The notes beneath the pieces are model-generated. The model had not been told where the DNA came from. It saw only the letters and a program-made list of their open reading frames with translations, and did no database searches. Made by a program: the position numbers and the translations under genes. Shown piece by piece: positions 27,929 through 38,890 of a stretch of 64,000 nt of DNA. How positions within the stretch are numbered: position 1 is the first letter of the stretch; every line of letters starts with the position of its first letter. Location of the stretch: assembly GCA_963790475.1 (NCBI GenBank), contig CAWBOS010000010.1, forward strand, positions 1,408,001 to 1,472,000. The letters run 5' to 3'. Origin of the DNA: an uncultured delta proteobacterium. Its GTDB lineage: Bacteria > Desulfobacterota > RBG-13-43-22.

Positions 27929-30190
27929 ATGGCAACGCAACCTGAAGAAAAAAATAAAGAATTGGAACAGACGGCCCTGTCGGTGGGCGGGATGAGTTGT
28001 GCGGCCTGCGTAGTCCGGGTGGAAAAAGCCCTGGGAGGCCTGGAAGGGGTGGAACAGGCGGCCGTAAATTTTGCCACCGAAAAGGCCCAGGTGACTTACG
28101 ATCCGAAAAAGGTCGATCTGGAAAAATTTCGGCAGGCCATTGAAGAGGCTGGGTACCAGTTTCGCGGCCTGGCCCGGCCCGAACTCCGGGACCGGGAACG
28201 GGAGGAACGGGAACGAGAACTGGCCCTCCTGAAAAAAAAATTTATTTTCAGTGTGATTTTCGGGATCCTGATCATGGTCCTTTCCATGCCTCACTATATC
28301 CCCTATCTCCGTGAGGTCCCCCATGAGATCCTGTTCTATATCCTTTTTGTCCTGACCACTCCGGTCCAGTTCTGGGCCGGAAAGCAGTTCCTGACCGGGG
28401 CCTGGGGTGCAGCCCGACACGGCAGTGCCGATATGAATACCCTGATTGCCGTAGGGACCTTATCCGCCTATGTCTATTCTTCGGTGGTCACTTTTTTCCC
28501 TTCCTTTTTCCATCACAGCGGCTTGAAGGTTGATATCTATTTCGACAGCGCGGCCATGATCATTGCCTTGATCTTGTTGGGGCGATTACTGGAGGCCCGG
28601 GCTAAAGGCCAGACCTCCGAGGCCATACGCAAATTGATAGGACTGGCTCCGAAGACGGCCAGGGTCATCAGGGACAATCAAGAACTGGATGTCCCCGTGG
28701 AGGAAGTGCGAAAAGGAGATCTCATTGTAGTCCGCCCGGGAGAGAAGATCCCGGTAGACGGTCGGATCAAAGAAGGCCATTCAGCTGTTGATGAATCCAT
28801 GATCACCGGGGAAAGCCTGCCGGCAGATAAAAATCCGGGAGACGAGGTGATCGGGGCCACCCTGAACAAGAGTGGAAGTTTTGTTTTTGAAGCGACCCGG
28901 GTCGGTGAAGAAACGGCCCTGGCTCAAATCATTCTCCTGGTGGAACAGGCCCAAGGGAGCAAAGCCCCTATTCAGCGGCTGGCCGATCAGGTGGCCGGTG
29001 TTTTCGTGCCCATCGTCATGGGAATCGCCCTGTTGACCTTTATCATCTGGTATTTTTGGGGTCCTCCTCCAGCCCTGACCTTCGCCTTACTCAATTTTGT
29101 AGCGGTAATGATTATTGCCTGTCCCTGCGCTCTGGGTCTGGCCACCCCGACGGCTATCATGGTTGGAACCGGCAAAGGGGCGGAAAACGGCATCCTGATC
29201 AAAGGCGGAGAAACTTTGGAATCGATTCATAAACTAACTACCATCGTCTTTGATAAAACCGGAACATTGACTAAAGGGGAACTGGCGGTCACCGACATTG
29301 TTTCCTCAAAGGAAATCGAGACCAAAAAGGTCCTGACCTTAGCCGCTTCGGTGGAAAGAAATTCCGAACATCCCCTTGGGGAAGCCGTGGTCCGAAAGGC
29401 CAAAGAACAAGGACTGGACCTGGCGGGGGTGGAGGATTTCGAGGCCCTTTCCGGACAGGGGGTCAGGGCCAAACTGGACGGACAGGAAATACTGATCGGC
29501 AACAAACGACTCATGGAATCCCGGGGTCTGGATTTGACCCCTGTTCAAGTCTCGGCCGAAGTCTTGGCCGAACAGGGAAAGACCCTGATGTTTGTGGCCC
29601 AGGGCAGAGAAATTATCGGGCTCATGGCCTTGGCCGATACTCTGCGGGAACATTCCCTGGAAGCGGTAGCTGAATTGAAAAGGTTGGGCCTGGAAGTGGT
29701 CATGCTCACCGGAGACAATCAGCAAACGGCCCGGGCCATCGGGCGACAGCTTCACTTAGACCGGGTCATCGCCGAAGTGCTGCCCCAGGACAAGACCGAA
29801 CAGATCAGGAGACTTCAAGCGGAGGGGAAAAAAGTGGCCATGGTGGGAGATGGGATCAACGATGCCCCGGCCCTGGCCCAGGCTGATGTGGGCATCGCCA
29901 TCGGCACGGGAACGGATGTGGCCATGGAGGCCTCGGATATCACCCTGATCCGTGATGATCTGCGGACTATCCTGACGGCTATCAAGCTGTCCAGGAAGAC
30001 CATTCGGACCATAAGGCAGAACCTCTTCTGGGCCTTTTTTTATAATGTCCTGGGCATCCCCATTGCCGCCGGCGTCCTCTACCCTTTTTGGGGGATATTG
30101 CTCAACCCGATCCTGGCCTCGGGGGCCATGGCCTTCAGTTCGGTTTCCGTGGTGAGCAATTCCCTGCGTTTGCGACGATTTAAGATTTAG
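27929..30190 (+). CDS. copA: Cu(I)-translocating P1B-type ATPase
   Basis: GMSCAAC HMA domain, TGES, CPC, DKTGT, SEHP, YN and MAFSS motifs. Confidence 0.95.
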   Translation: MATQPEEKNKELEQTALSVGGMSCAACVVRVEKALGGLEGVEQAAVNFATEKAQVTYDPKKVDLEKFRQAIEEAGYQFRGLARPELRDREREERERELALLKKKFIFSVIFGILIMVLSMPHYIPYLREVPHEILFYILFVLTTPVQFWAGKQFLTGAWGAARHGSADMNTLIAVGTLSAYVYSSVVTFFPSFFHHSGLKVDIYFDSAAMIIALILLGRLLEARAKGQTSEAIRKLIGLAPKTARVIRDNQELDVPVEEVRKGDLIVVRPGEKIPVDGRIKEGHSAVDESMITGESLPADKNPGDEVIGATLNKSGSFVFEATRVGEETALAQIILLVEQAQGSKAPIQRLADQVAGVFVPIVMGIALLTFIIWYFWGPPPALTFALLNFVAVMIIACPCALGLATPTAIMVGTGKGAENGILIKGGETLESIHKLTTIVFDKTGTLTKGELAVTDIVSSKEIETKKVLTLAASVERNSEHPLGEAVVRKAKEQGLDLAGVEDFEALSGQGVRAKLDGQEILIGNKRLMESRGLDLTPVQVSAEVLAEQGKTLMFVAQGREIIGLMALADTLREHSLEAVAELKRLGLEVVMLTGDNQQTARAIGRQLHLDRVIAEVLPQDKTEQIRRLQAEGKKVAMVGDGINDAPALAQADVGIAIGTGTDVAMEASDITLIRDDLRTILTAIKLSRKTIRTIRQNLFWAFFYNVLGIPIAAGVLYPFWGILLNPILASGAMAFSSVSVVSNSLRLRRFKI

Positions 30191-30199
30191 GCCTTGGGA

Positions 30200-31957
30200 T
30201 TAGAATAGTATTCTCAATTGAGTATTTTTCTTTTTCCCTTGTTTTTCCAGGTACATATTTTTATCCGCTTGGGATAATAAGGTCTCAATGGACAGCGGCT
30301 GTTCCGGGTCATAGGCTACCGCTCCCATACTCAACGATAACCGATACTTGCGGTCCGATTCCATAGTATTATAAAGATCAAGTGTATTTCGTAGTCTTTC
30401 CAGGAGCAGGTCCGGACCTGCTTCCGAGGCCCCCTCGATGGCCAGGATCACAAATTCATCCCCTCCGATACGGGCAATGATATCCGGATCACGGAAATTC
30501 TCTTTTACAATGTGGGCGATCTCGATTAAAGCCCGATCCCCTTCCAAATGTCCGAAGGTATCATTGATCGTTTTTAGATCATCCAAGTCGGCAAACAGCA
30601 GTGAAACCCCTCGCTGCATCCGATTGGCAATCTTTAGTTCCTGCTCAGCCAGAGCCAAAAATCCTCTCCGGTTATAAAGCCCGGTAAGGTCATCGACTAA
30701 AGACATGGTCCTCAAGGCCTCCTCGGCCCGTTTTCGATCGGTAATATCCCTGACGATGACCTGCAAAAAATATTCCCCGCCGATTTGGATTCGATTGATA
30801 TTCACCTCAGCATTAAAGGGTGTCCCGTCCAGGCAGCAATGAGTCCATTCAAAAGTCTGCGGTTCTCCCCTCAGGGCGGCCCTGATTTTTTCCAAGCCCT
30901 TTTCCTTCGACTCCCGACCGTCCGGCTGATAAGGCGGGGAAAACTCAAAGGGGCCCTTTCCTATAATTTCCTCCCGTGAACAACCGAACATCTCCAGGGA
31001 GTGGGAATTGCAATCCACAAACTGGTTCTGGGTTATCAAAAAAATGGCTACCTGGGTGGCATTGAACAAGGTTCGATATTTGACCTCACTTTCTATCAGG
31101 GCCTTTTCCGTCCTCTTGCGCTCGCTCACATCCCTGGCAATTCCCTTAAACCCAATAGGTCTTCCGGCCGAATCCTTCCGTAAGGATATAGAAACTTCGA
31201 TCTGTTTTTTAGATCCATCTTTTCTTGTTATTTCCTGATTAAAGCCTTCGGCCGGTGATCCGGTCTTATAGACCTGATTGAAGATATCGAAGGATCTTTT
31301 AATTTCTGGAACTTCTGTTATGTTTTTATAGTTCATCCCCTGCAGTTCCTCCCTGGTCATGCCCAGGATATTGCAGAAAGCGTCATTGGAAAAAACATAG
31401 TTCCCTTTCAAATCAATTTCTTAATATCCTTCTTGAATGCTCTCCAGGATGCTCCGGTATTTTTCTTCCGATTCTTTCAAGGCCGCCTGGGCCTGTTTCT
31501 GGAGGGTGATATCCCGGAGAATCCCTCGAAAGCCGATCTTTTGCTGGTTGGAATCCAGCATTAAGGAGACTGAGGTCTCCACCCAAACTTTTTCCCCGTT
31601 TCCTTTAACCACCTCATACTCAAATCCTTTGTGAGGCTCACCGGTTCGGTAAACCTTATTGAAGATTTCAAATACCCTTCTTGCATTTTCCGGATCCATA
31701 TAGTCCCGATAATTGATTCCTATCCGCTCTCCCCGAGTATTTCCGAAAATGCGGTCATTGGCGTCGTTGCTGAAAAGCATGTTACCGGCAAGATCGACTT
31801 CAAAATACCCATCTTCCATGCTGGCCAGGATGGAGCGATAACGTTCTTCGGATTGCCGAAGGGATTCCTCGGAGAGTTTCCGATTTTTAGTTTCGGTTTC
31901 CAATTCTGATTTTTTTCTGATTCCGGTAAAGAAAGGAAATAATCGAAAGATATTCAA
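30200..31957 (-). pseudogene. Multi-PAS diguanylate cyclase interrupted by an in-frame TAA at 31421-31423
   Basis: ORFs 31421..31957 and 30200..31411 are in one frame: SIQEGY*EIDLKGNY, compared with MEDGYFEVDLAGN in the first PAS; intact GGDEF. Confidence 0.8.
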
Positions 31958-32185
31958 AGGGCTGTCCTCCCTTTAAATGTAAAAAGCATGCGGTGTGCTG
32001 AACGTGAGAGGGGTTAGAAATCGAAAGGAAGGAAGTACAAACTTTATTCGAATCCCGCGGCTCACACCTTACATCAAATCAGCATCCATCTTTGTTCTGG
32101 CCAAAGAAGATCTATCTCTGCCCCTTTTCATTTCAATCTGTGGCCGTATCGAGTTAGATAAAATAATGTATATATCGTTCCCGAT

Positions 32186-32419
32186 CTAAGAGTCAATTAA
32201 TTTCTCAATTTCCCCCGAATCGAACCCGACGACGAACTTCTCCCCTTTCTGAATAACCGGTACCCGTTTTTGACGGGTCAGTTTGAGCATTTTTGTAACC
32301 GCAGCCTGATCTTTCGAAAGATCGAATTCCTGAAAGACTAACCCTTTTTGACGAAAGAACTCTTTCGTGGCCAGACACTCCGGTCAGGAGGGCAATGAAT
32401 AGACTAATATTTCTTCCAT
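32186..32419 (-). CDS. Glutaredoxin/NrdH-like selenoprotein with UxxC (77 aa); missing from the ORF track
   Basis: MEEILVYSLPS-U(TGA 32384-32386)-PECLATKEFFRQKG...RVPVI...VVGFD; hairpin ACGAAAG-AGTT-CTTTCGT 15 nt downstream of the UGA. Confidence 0.85.
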
Positions 32420-32449
32420 GACGGTATCCTTTTAACTGCCCAGGGAAAT

Positions 32450-32546
32450 AGGCTGAAGACTATTAGGAAAAAATTTTCCCCCTTCGGCCTTCAGCCTATT
32501 TGCCTTCAGTCTTTATTTCTCAGCCTTCAGCCTATGCACCTTCAGC
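32450..32546. repeat. Degenerate heptamer repeats (GCCTTCA/CCTTCAG); related cluster at ~33627-33687
   Basis: Direct reading. Confidence 0.6.
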
Positions 32547-33524
32547 TCATCTACCTTTGTTATAAGCCAAATCACTTTCCACCATTTCCCGGATCAGTTC
32601 CTCAAAGAAGGTCGTCGGCTGCCAGCCAAGGGTCCTTTCCGCCTTGGAATAATTTCCCATCAAGACCATGACTTCCGAGGGCCGGTACAGGGTGGGGTCA
32701 ATATCCAGGTAGTTCCGGTAATCCATTTCCAATAAGGCGAAGGATTTTTGCAGGAACTCTTCAACGGTGTGACATTTTCCGGTAGCAATGACATAGTCAT
32801 CCGGTTTCTCCTGTTGGAGCATCAGCCACATGGCCCGGACAAAATCCCGGGCATGCCCCCAGTCCCGTTTGGCCTGAATGTTTCCCAGTTTGATCCGCTT
32901 TTCTTTACCCAATTTAATTAAAGCGGCATGAGAGGTAATTTTACGGGTGACAAATTCGTGCCCCCGGCGGGGAGACTCGTGATTAAATAAAATGCCGCAG
33001 GAGGCATGTAAGTCATAGGCTTCCCGGTAATTACGGGTCAGTTCAAAACCGGCCACTTTGGAAATACCATAAGGAGAACGAGGATGAAACGGCGTATTTT
33101 CATCCTGAGGGGTTTCCCTCACTTTCCCGAAGGTCTCGCTGGAGGCGGCGAAGTAAAACCGGCAACGGGGGGCTTTTCGCTTTATGGAGGACAGCAGATA
33201 ATGAGTCCCATTAATGTTGGTATTGATAGTCGAGAATTCATCTTCGAAGGAATAACTGACGAAACTCTGGGCGGCCAGATGATAGCATTCATCGGGTTCA
33301 ACCCTTTCGACGACATTGAAGATGCTCGGGTAGCTTTCCATGGACCCGGCATGGAGGGTAATTTTATCCAGAATATGGCGAAGCCGCCAGAGACGGTGCA
33401 GAGGATCTTCCAGAGCCATACGGCGGACAATGCCATGGACCTCGTAGCCCTTAGAAAGCAACAGTTCAGTCAAATAACTTCCATCCTGACCGGTTATTCC
33501 GGTAATCAAGGCGCGCTTTTTCAT
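32547..33524 (-). CDS. gmd: GDP-mannose 4,6-dehydratase
   Basis: ITGITGQDGSYL, LAAQSFV, PRSPYGISK, FNHESPRRG and RDWGHA motifs. Confidence 0.96.
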   Translation of the reverse strand: MKKRALITGITGQDGSYLTELLLSKGYEVHGIVRRMALEDPLHRLWRLRHILDKITLHAGSMESYPSIFNVVERVEPDECYHLAAQSFVSYSFEDEFSTINTNINGTHYLLSSIKRKAPRCRFYFAASSETFGKVRETPQDENTPFHPRSPYGISKVAGFELTRNYREAYDLHASCGILFNHESPRRGHEFVTRKITSHAALIKLGKEKRIKLGNIQAKRDWGHARDFVRAMWLMLQQEKPDDYVIATGKCHTVEEFLQKSFALLEMDYRNYLDIDPTLYRPSEVMVLMGNYSKAERTLGWQPTTFFEELIREMVESDLAYNKGR

Positions 33525-33689
33525 TGAATCCTTCCAGTGAGATGAATCATTTAAATTTTCTGGTCCTTGACCATTGTCGACATCTTTGGAGATCCCAACT
33601 TCTGTTTCAATCGTATTGTCTCCGAGCGAAGACTTTTTTCTTTGATCTGCTTTTCCTTCAGCCTTCGGTCTTCGGCCTATTCAGCTAAA

Positions 33690-34856
33690 TCATTTCAATT
33701 TCTCAATAATGGTTCGGATGATCCGTTCTTTAAAAACTTCCCGGTCAAACTGAAGGGCATGGGCCCGGATCCTGGAGGGGTTTAACAGATGGGCGTGCCG
33801 CTCCAGTTCTTCAACGGCTTCTATCAGCGCGCTTTCCGTCTGTTCCTGAAAAAAAACCCCTCCGAAAAAATCATTTCGACCCTCCAGATAATCCTCCAGG
33901 GGAACGACCGTTTCCAGAACCCCTCCGCGGCCGAAGGCCACCACCGGTCTTCCGGAGGCCTGGGCTTCCAATGGAGTAATCCCGGCATCTTCTTCCCCGG
34001 GAAAGATCAACGCCTTGCATTCTCCGTAGAGTTTCTTCAAGCTCTCCTCCGGTTGCCACCCCAACCAGGAAATATTCTTTCCCGATTCTTTTTGTAAGGC
34101 GGCCATCAAAGGCCCGGTGCCGACAACCACCAGGGGTTTTTGATTTCGATTGAAGGCCCGCACAGCCAGATCAAGGCGTTTATAGGGCGCCAAGGCCGAA
34201 ACCATTAAATAATAGTTCTGAGGTTGAAAAGTCAAGTCAAAGCAAGTCGTATCCACCGGAACCGGAATAACCTCGGCCTCCCGCCGATAGTATTTTAGAA
34301 TTCTCCGGCGAACATTTTCGGAATCAGCCAGAAGATAATCTACACCCTGGCTGGTGCGTACGTCCCATTGCCGGAGCCAGGCGGCCACAACGGGCGCCAC
34401 CATCCTGACCAATAATCCGGCCGAGGAATCCGTGCCGAAATAAATGTCATACATATCCCAGACATATCGTATCGGAGTGAAAACATAGGAGATATGGATA
34501 GCGGGAGGCTTCACCCGAACTCCTTTGGCCACACAATGGCTGCTGGACAGGACCAGATCATACCCCTTCAAATCAATACCCCGGATAGCGAACGGGAAAA
34601 AGGGGAGATAGTGACGATACCTTTTTTCAACCCCGGGGAGATGCTGGGCCCAGGTAGTCCGGATCCGGTGACTTTCGATAATTGGCGAAACGGATCCCTT
34701 GACATGAAGCAGTGTAAAAAGATCGGCCTGAGGAAATATATCACAAAAAATTTCCAGACATTTTTCCCCGCCTCTCATGCCGGTTAACCAGTCATGGACC
34801 AGGGCCACCTTCAAAGAAGATAGCTTTCTTTTGTTTACCGAAATCTCGTCAGTCAT
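33690..34856 (-). CDS. GT4 glycosyltransferase (WbaZ-like)
   Basis: ALVHDWLTGMRGGEK and EDAGITPLEAQASG motifs. Confidence 0.9.
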   Translation of the reverse strand: MTDEISVNKRKLSSLKVALVHDWLTGMRGGEKCLEIFCDIFPQADLFTLLHVKGSVSPIIESHRIRTTWAQHLPGVEKRYRHYLPFFPFAIRGIDLKGYDLVLSSSHCVAKGVRVKPPAIHISYVFTPIRYVWDMYDIYFGTDSSAGLLVRMVAPVVAAWLRQWDVRTSQGVDYLLADSENVRRRILKYYRREAEVIPVPVDTTCFDLTFQPQNYYLMVSALAPYKRLDLAVRAFNRNQKPLVVVGTGPLMAALQKESGKNISWLGWQPEESLKKLYGECKALIFPGEEDAGITPLEAQASGRPVVAFGRGGVLETVVPLEDYLEGRNDFFGGVFFQEQTESALIEAVEELERHAHLLNPSRIRAHALQFDREVFKERIIRTIIEKLK

Positions 34857-34904
34857 CGCTTTTCATGAAGCCTATAGGTCAATATTCATTTTTCAACTCA
34901 GGGT

Positions 34905-35990
34905 TCATTGAATTCCGGTCAGGGATTGATAGACGTCCATAACAATCCGGGCCGTTTTTTCCCAGGAGAATTGGCCGGCCCGCTTTATTCCTCGATCCTT
35001 CAATGTGCGACGTAGATCTTGATGAAAAAGAACCTCCCGCATCCCTTCCTTTATAGCACGGATATCATAAGGATCAACCTGGAAACCCGCATCCCCGGCG
35101 ATTTCCGGCAAGGCCCCCTGGTCGCCGATCAGGACCGGACAGCCGCAGGCCATGGCTTCCAGGACAGGAAGTCCGAAGCCTTCGTAAAGCGATGGGGCGG
35201 CTAATAGTTCGGCCCCGGAATAAAACAAACCCAGATCCTGGTCGTTGCACTCCGACAAGATCAAAACCCGATCCTTGAGCTCGGAGGATAGGTTGCAGGG
35301 TGCCACACCAATGGACACCAATTTCCCGGGATATTCATCTTCTTTAATCAATAACTCAAAGGCCGAAAGTACACGGCTTAAATTCTTATGCGGCTTAGGA
35401 TTGCCGACAAAAACAAGATAGCCCTGATCCAACCCATAACGGCGGTTAAATTCACGATCTACCGGTTTTGGGACCCATTCAGGATCCAAACCGTTTGGAG
35501 TAATCACCATTCGTTCTTGACAACCCTGTAGAAAAGTAACAATATCCTTTTTTGACTGTTCTGAAACGGTGAAAACCTTTAGACACTGATGCACGGCCCG
35601 GCGAACGACAAAACGGAAAAAAAGCCGATGGCTGAAGCCAAAATCCTTTGGAAAAATAAGCGGGATCAGGTCATGGATGGTCATGATCCCTTTGGGGGAA
35701 AAAATCAAAGGAATGGTATAAGTCGGAGAATGAAAGAGATCAAAAGTTTCCTTTCGGATCTGAAAGGGGATCAGAAATTGTTCCTGCAGGCTGTAAAGGG
35801 GAACCAAGGTCCGGAGCCAACGGACCGGCACCACCGGTTTGAACCATTCTTGAATTTGAGTTTGGCCGGTCAAGACAAGGTATTCATCGCCCCGGTCCTC
35901 GGCCAGCAACCGCTGAAGAAGATTTAAACAGTAGCGTGAAATCCCATGCATTCGGTTTCCAAGAACCCGGGCATCAAAAATGATTTTCAT
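34905..35990 (-). CDS. GT4 glycosyltransferase (MtfB-like)
   Basis: TIHDLIP, KPHKNL and EGFGLPVLEAMACG motifs. Confidence 0.9.
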   Translation of the reverse strand: MKIIFDARVLGNRMHGISRYCLNLLQRLLAEDRGDEYLVLTGQTQIQEWFKPVVPVRWLRTLVPLYSLQEQFLIPFQIRKETFDLFHSPTYTIPLIFSPKGIMTIHDLIPLIFPKDFGFSHRLFFRFVVRRAVHQCLKVFTVSEQSKKDIVTFLQGCQERMVITPNGLDPEWVPKPVDREFNRRYGLDQGYLVFVGNPKPHKNLSRVLSAFELLIKEDEYPGKLVSIGVAPCNLSSELKDRVLILSECNDQDLGLFYSGAELLAAPSLYEGFGLPVLEAMACGCPVLIGDQGALPEIAGDAGFQVDPYDIRAIKEGMREVLFHQDLRRTLKDRGIKRAGQFSWEKTARIVMDVYQSLTGIQ

Positions 35991-37120
35991 GTTTTCATGA
36001 CCGATCGATAGACGTCGAGGGTTTGACGGGCAGCTTCAATCCAGGAAAACCGGGAGGCCTGTTCCAGCCCCAACTGACTCAGGTGCATTCTTTCAACCGG
36101 GTTTTTCAACAACTCAATAATCCGGTCGGCCAGGTCCCGGATACTGGTCGGGTCAACCAACACAGCGGCCGATCCCACAATTTCCGGTATCGAAGACCGA
36201 TCGGAGGAGATGACCGGCGTTCCACAACTCATGGCCTCCAGGACCGGCAGACCAAATCCCTCATAGAGAGAGGGAAAAACAAAGACCTCGGCACCATTCA
36301 TAAACAAGGGGATCTCTTCCATGGGGACATATCCGGTGAATAAAACCTGATCCCGGGCAGGATAATTTTTAAAAAAACGACTTAAGGAACCGGTCAACCA
36401 CCCCCTTTGCCCGCTCACCACCAATTGATATTCATTGCCCATCTCTCGACAGACCCGGGTGAAGGCCTCCAAAAGAACGATCAAGTTTTTTCGAGGCTCA
36501 ATATTGCCCAGATGATAAATAAATTTTTTAGTGATTCCATATTGCTCTTTTAGATGGGATTGAACCACACTTCTATCCTCGAGGTGAAAGATCGGAGACG
36601 AGGCCTCATGAATAACCACAATCTTTTCCCGAGGCACCTTTAATATTTTGATCAGATCCTCCTTGGTGTGATTGGAGACAGCAATGATCTTGTCGGCCTT
36701 CTTCACCGCCTGCCTCAACAGGTAGCGCATATAGGCCCCGTATTTCAGGGGAATGGTTTCCGGAAAGAGAAATGCCACCAGATCATGGATGGTTACCACT
36801 AAGGCGCAATGATCCTTTCGAAAAGGGATCAGGGAAGCGGGCCCGTGAAAAACATTGATCCCCATCTCCTTCAACCGGAGAGGTAATATGAAATGCTCCC
36901 AAAAATCACTTAGGGGATGGTTCTCGTGTGAAAACAGGGTCAGAAATGGATTCTGTCCCCGGGCCAGATGCCCCAGGAGGGACAGGTTTTTATTTTGGGC
37001 CAGGAAATAATAAATCGGATCCGAGTCTACCTTACTCAAGTTCTGTATGAGATTCAGGACATAGTTCCCCACCCCGGAACGGTTAGGCAGAACGGTTCGT
37101 ACATCAATGGCAATCTTCAT
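35987..37120 (-). CDS. GT4 glycosyltransferase (MtfB-like)
   Basis: TIHDL, EPRKNL and EGFGLPVLEAMSCG motifs. Confidence 0.9.
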   Translation of the reverse strand: MKIAIDVRTVLPNRSGVGNYVLNLIQNLSKVDSDPIYYFLAQNKNLSLLGHLARGQNPFLTLFSHENHPLSDFWEHFILPLRLKEMGINVFHGPASLIPFRKDHCALVVTIHDLVAFLFPETIPLKYGAYMRYLLRQAVKKADKIIAVSNHTKEDLIKILKVPREKIVVIHEASSPIFHLEDRSVVQSHLKEQYGITKKFIYHLGNIEPRKNLIVLLEAFTRVCREMGNEYQLVVSGQRGWLTGSLSRFFKNYPARDQVLFTGYVPMEEIPLFMNGAEVFVFPSLYEGFGLPVLEAMSCGTPVISSDRSSIPEIVGSAAVLVDPTSIRDLADRIIELLKNPVERMHLSQLGLEQASRFSWIEAARQTLDVYRSVMKT

Positions 37121-37174
37121 GATTGAGAACTCGTGATATCCATTTTTATTCTATTATCTTTACTAAAAATTTAA

Positions 37175-38644
37175 TCAGGATTCAACCCCTGGTTTGGCCC
37201 CTGGCTCGGCCAGGGGTTGTGTCAGGATTCTTTTTATAAACGACCAATCTTCCCGGGTAATCAGACGAGAGACGATAAGACCTGCTCCATAAGCCATAAA
37301 AGCCAGAATCCAGACCACCGCCGACGGGATGGACCCCAACCCCCAAAGGAGAAGTCCCATCAATCCCCCGCTCAATCCCAGTTTCAGGATCGGCCTCATC
37401 AAGGGGAGGTGAAAAAAATTGCGCTGCAAAAAACCCAAAAAGCAGATTGACAGCAACAGCTCGGTGGCTACGGTGGTCCAACTGGCCCCCAGGTAGCCGT
37501 ATCTGGGCAATACGATAATATTTGCACCTACATTAAAAAGAATGGCCAATCCGCTTCCCCAGGTAATCATTTTTTCCATATTTAGGGCGATCAGGGTGTT
37601 GATAAAAACATAATTAAGAAATATGAATGGTAAGGCACAAACCAGGATTTTCAAGGAAGGAGACGATTTGGCAAAAGTGGGACCGAAGAAAAAAACCACC
37701 CAGGGATCCGACAGGAAGAAGGTGGTCAGGACCAAAGGGATAGAAACCATAGTGAGATAAGTCAGGGCTTTTTGATACGTCCTTTTTAAGACTTCCCGGT
37801 CTTCGGAAGTCAAAACAGAAAAAATGGGAAATAATCCGGCCATGACCAACAAGGGGAACAAGGAAAACATTTCGATAATTTTGACTGGAACGGCATACCA
37901 TCCTATCTCAGCCGCAGATATCCCGAACAAAGACAACATGACCATATCGATTCGAGCATAAACGGTCATAAAAAGACTGGAAAGCCCGATAGGCCAGGCC
38001 GAACGAAGGAGCTGTTTCCATAAATTCATATCCCGGCGAAGATATAACGGGGTGATCCTTTTCCAGACGATCCATCCCGTAAAAACACAACTGATCCCGT
38101 AAGCCCCTACGAGGGATAATAAAAGCCCCCAAATCCCGTATCCCAGCCAGAGAAAGAAGATCGGAATGGCCACGACCAGAGACTTATACAGTCCCTTGAT
38201 CAAGAGTTCATATTCCATCTTTTCCAGGCTGTTGGTAAGGGCAACAAAAAATTCCAAAAGGTAAATGCCCTGCATATAAACCATACTAAGGAGGATCATC
38301 AAGATAAGATCCCTCGAGTAACCCAGAAGCAATAGGACGCCGGGACTCAGGAGGAGCAAAGCGAGAGAAAAAAGTAGTTTTATGAAAAGTATATTTCCGG
38401 CATAACGGCCCAAGAGACGGTGGTCACGGGAAACATCTCGGATCAGGACCGTATTCAATCCCAAATCTGAAAAAATGGTTAACAGTCCGGCAAAAAAATA
38501 AGCGAGGGAATAGCGACCGTAGTCCAGATCTCCCAAATGACGGGCGGCCACAATGACAAAAAGAAAAGCCAGGGAACGAGTCAGGGCCTCTGAAACGAAT
38601 TTAAGGACGATATTCTTTCGAGCCCTGTGCAGTAGGTTCATCAT
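37175..38644 (-). CDS. Polysaccharide flippase (Wzx/MOP family)
   Basis: Polytopic membrane protein with DLGL, YARIDMVML and IGWYA motifs; heads the GT/gmd cluster. Confidence 0.88.
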   Translation of the reverse strand: MMNLLHRARKNIVLKFVSEALTRSLAFLFVIVAARHLGDLDYGRYSLAYFFAGLLTIFSDLGLNTVLIRDVSRDHRLLGRYAGNILFIKLLFSLALLLLSPGVLLLLGYSRDLILMILLSMVYMQGIYLLEFFVALTNSLEKMEYELLIKGLYKSLVVAIPIFFLWLGYGIWGLLLSLVGAYGISCVFTGWIVWKRITPLYLRRDMNLWKQLLRSAWPIGLSSLFMTVYARIDMVMLSLFGISAAEIGWYAVPVKIIEMFSLFPLLVMAGLFPIFSVLTSEDREVLKRTYQKALTYLTMVSIPLVLTTFFLSDPWVVFFFGPTFAKSSPSLKILVCALPFIFLNYVFINTLIALNMEKMITWGSGLAILFNVGANIIVLPRYGYLGASWTTVATELLLSICFLGFLQRNFFHLPLMRPILKLGLSGGLMGLLLWGLGSIPSAVVWILAFMAYGAGLIVSRLITREDWSFIKRILTQPLAEPGAKPGVES

Positions 38645-38687
38645 TTAAAATGAGCGATATTTTGATTAAAGATGCTGAGAGATGAAG

Positions 38688-38841
38688 AGGGGACGACACG
38701 GAGACACGGGGAAGCGGGGACGCGGAGGCACCGGGACGCGGGGACGGGGGGATGGAGGGACACGGAGACATATAAACAACCGGTAGTTGGATTTATCTGG
38801 TTTTTCTTTTCACCGCGTCTCCCCTTCACCGTGTCTCCGCC
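38688..38841. repeat. Octamer repeats (GACACGG/GACGCGG) with inverted copies downstream
   Basis: gacacggagacacggggaagcggggacgcggaggcaccgggacgcgggg ... ccgcgtctcc...ccgtgtctccg. Confidence 0.65.
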
Positions 38842-38890
38842 TCGTCCGGTATCTTTCTCCGGATTTAATAGGTCATCGTTATCAGTTTTT

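Noticed and set aside
31421-31423. Recoded stop (Sec/Pyl) in the diguanylate cyclase
   Set aside because: The codon is TAA and the aligned residue is Tyr/Phe, not Cys.
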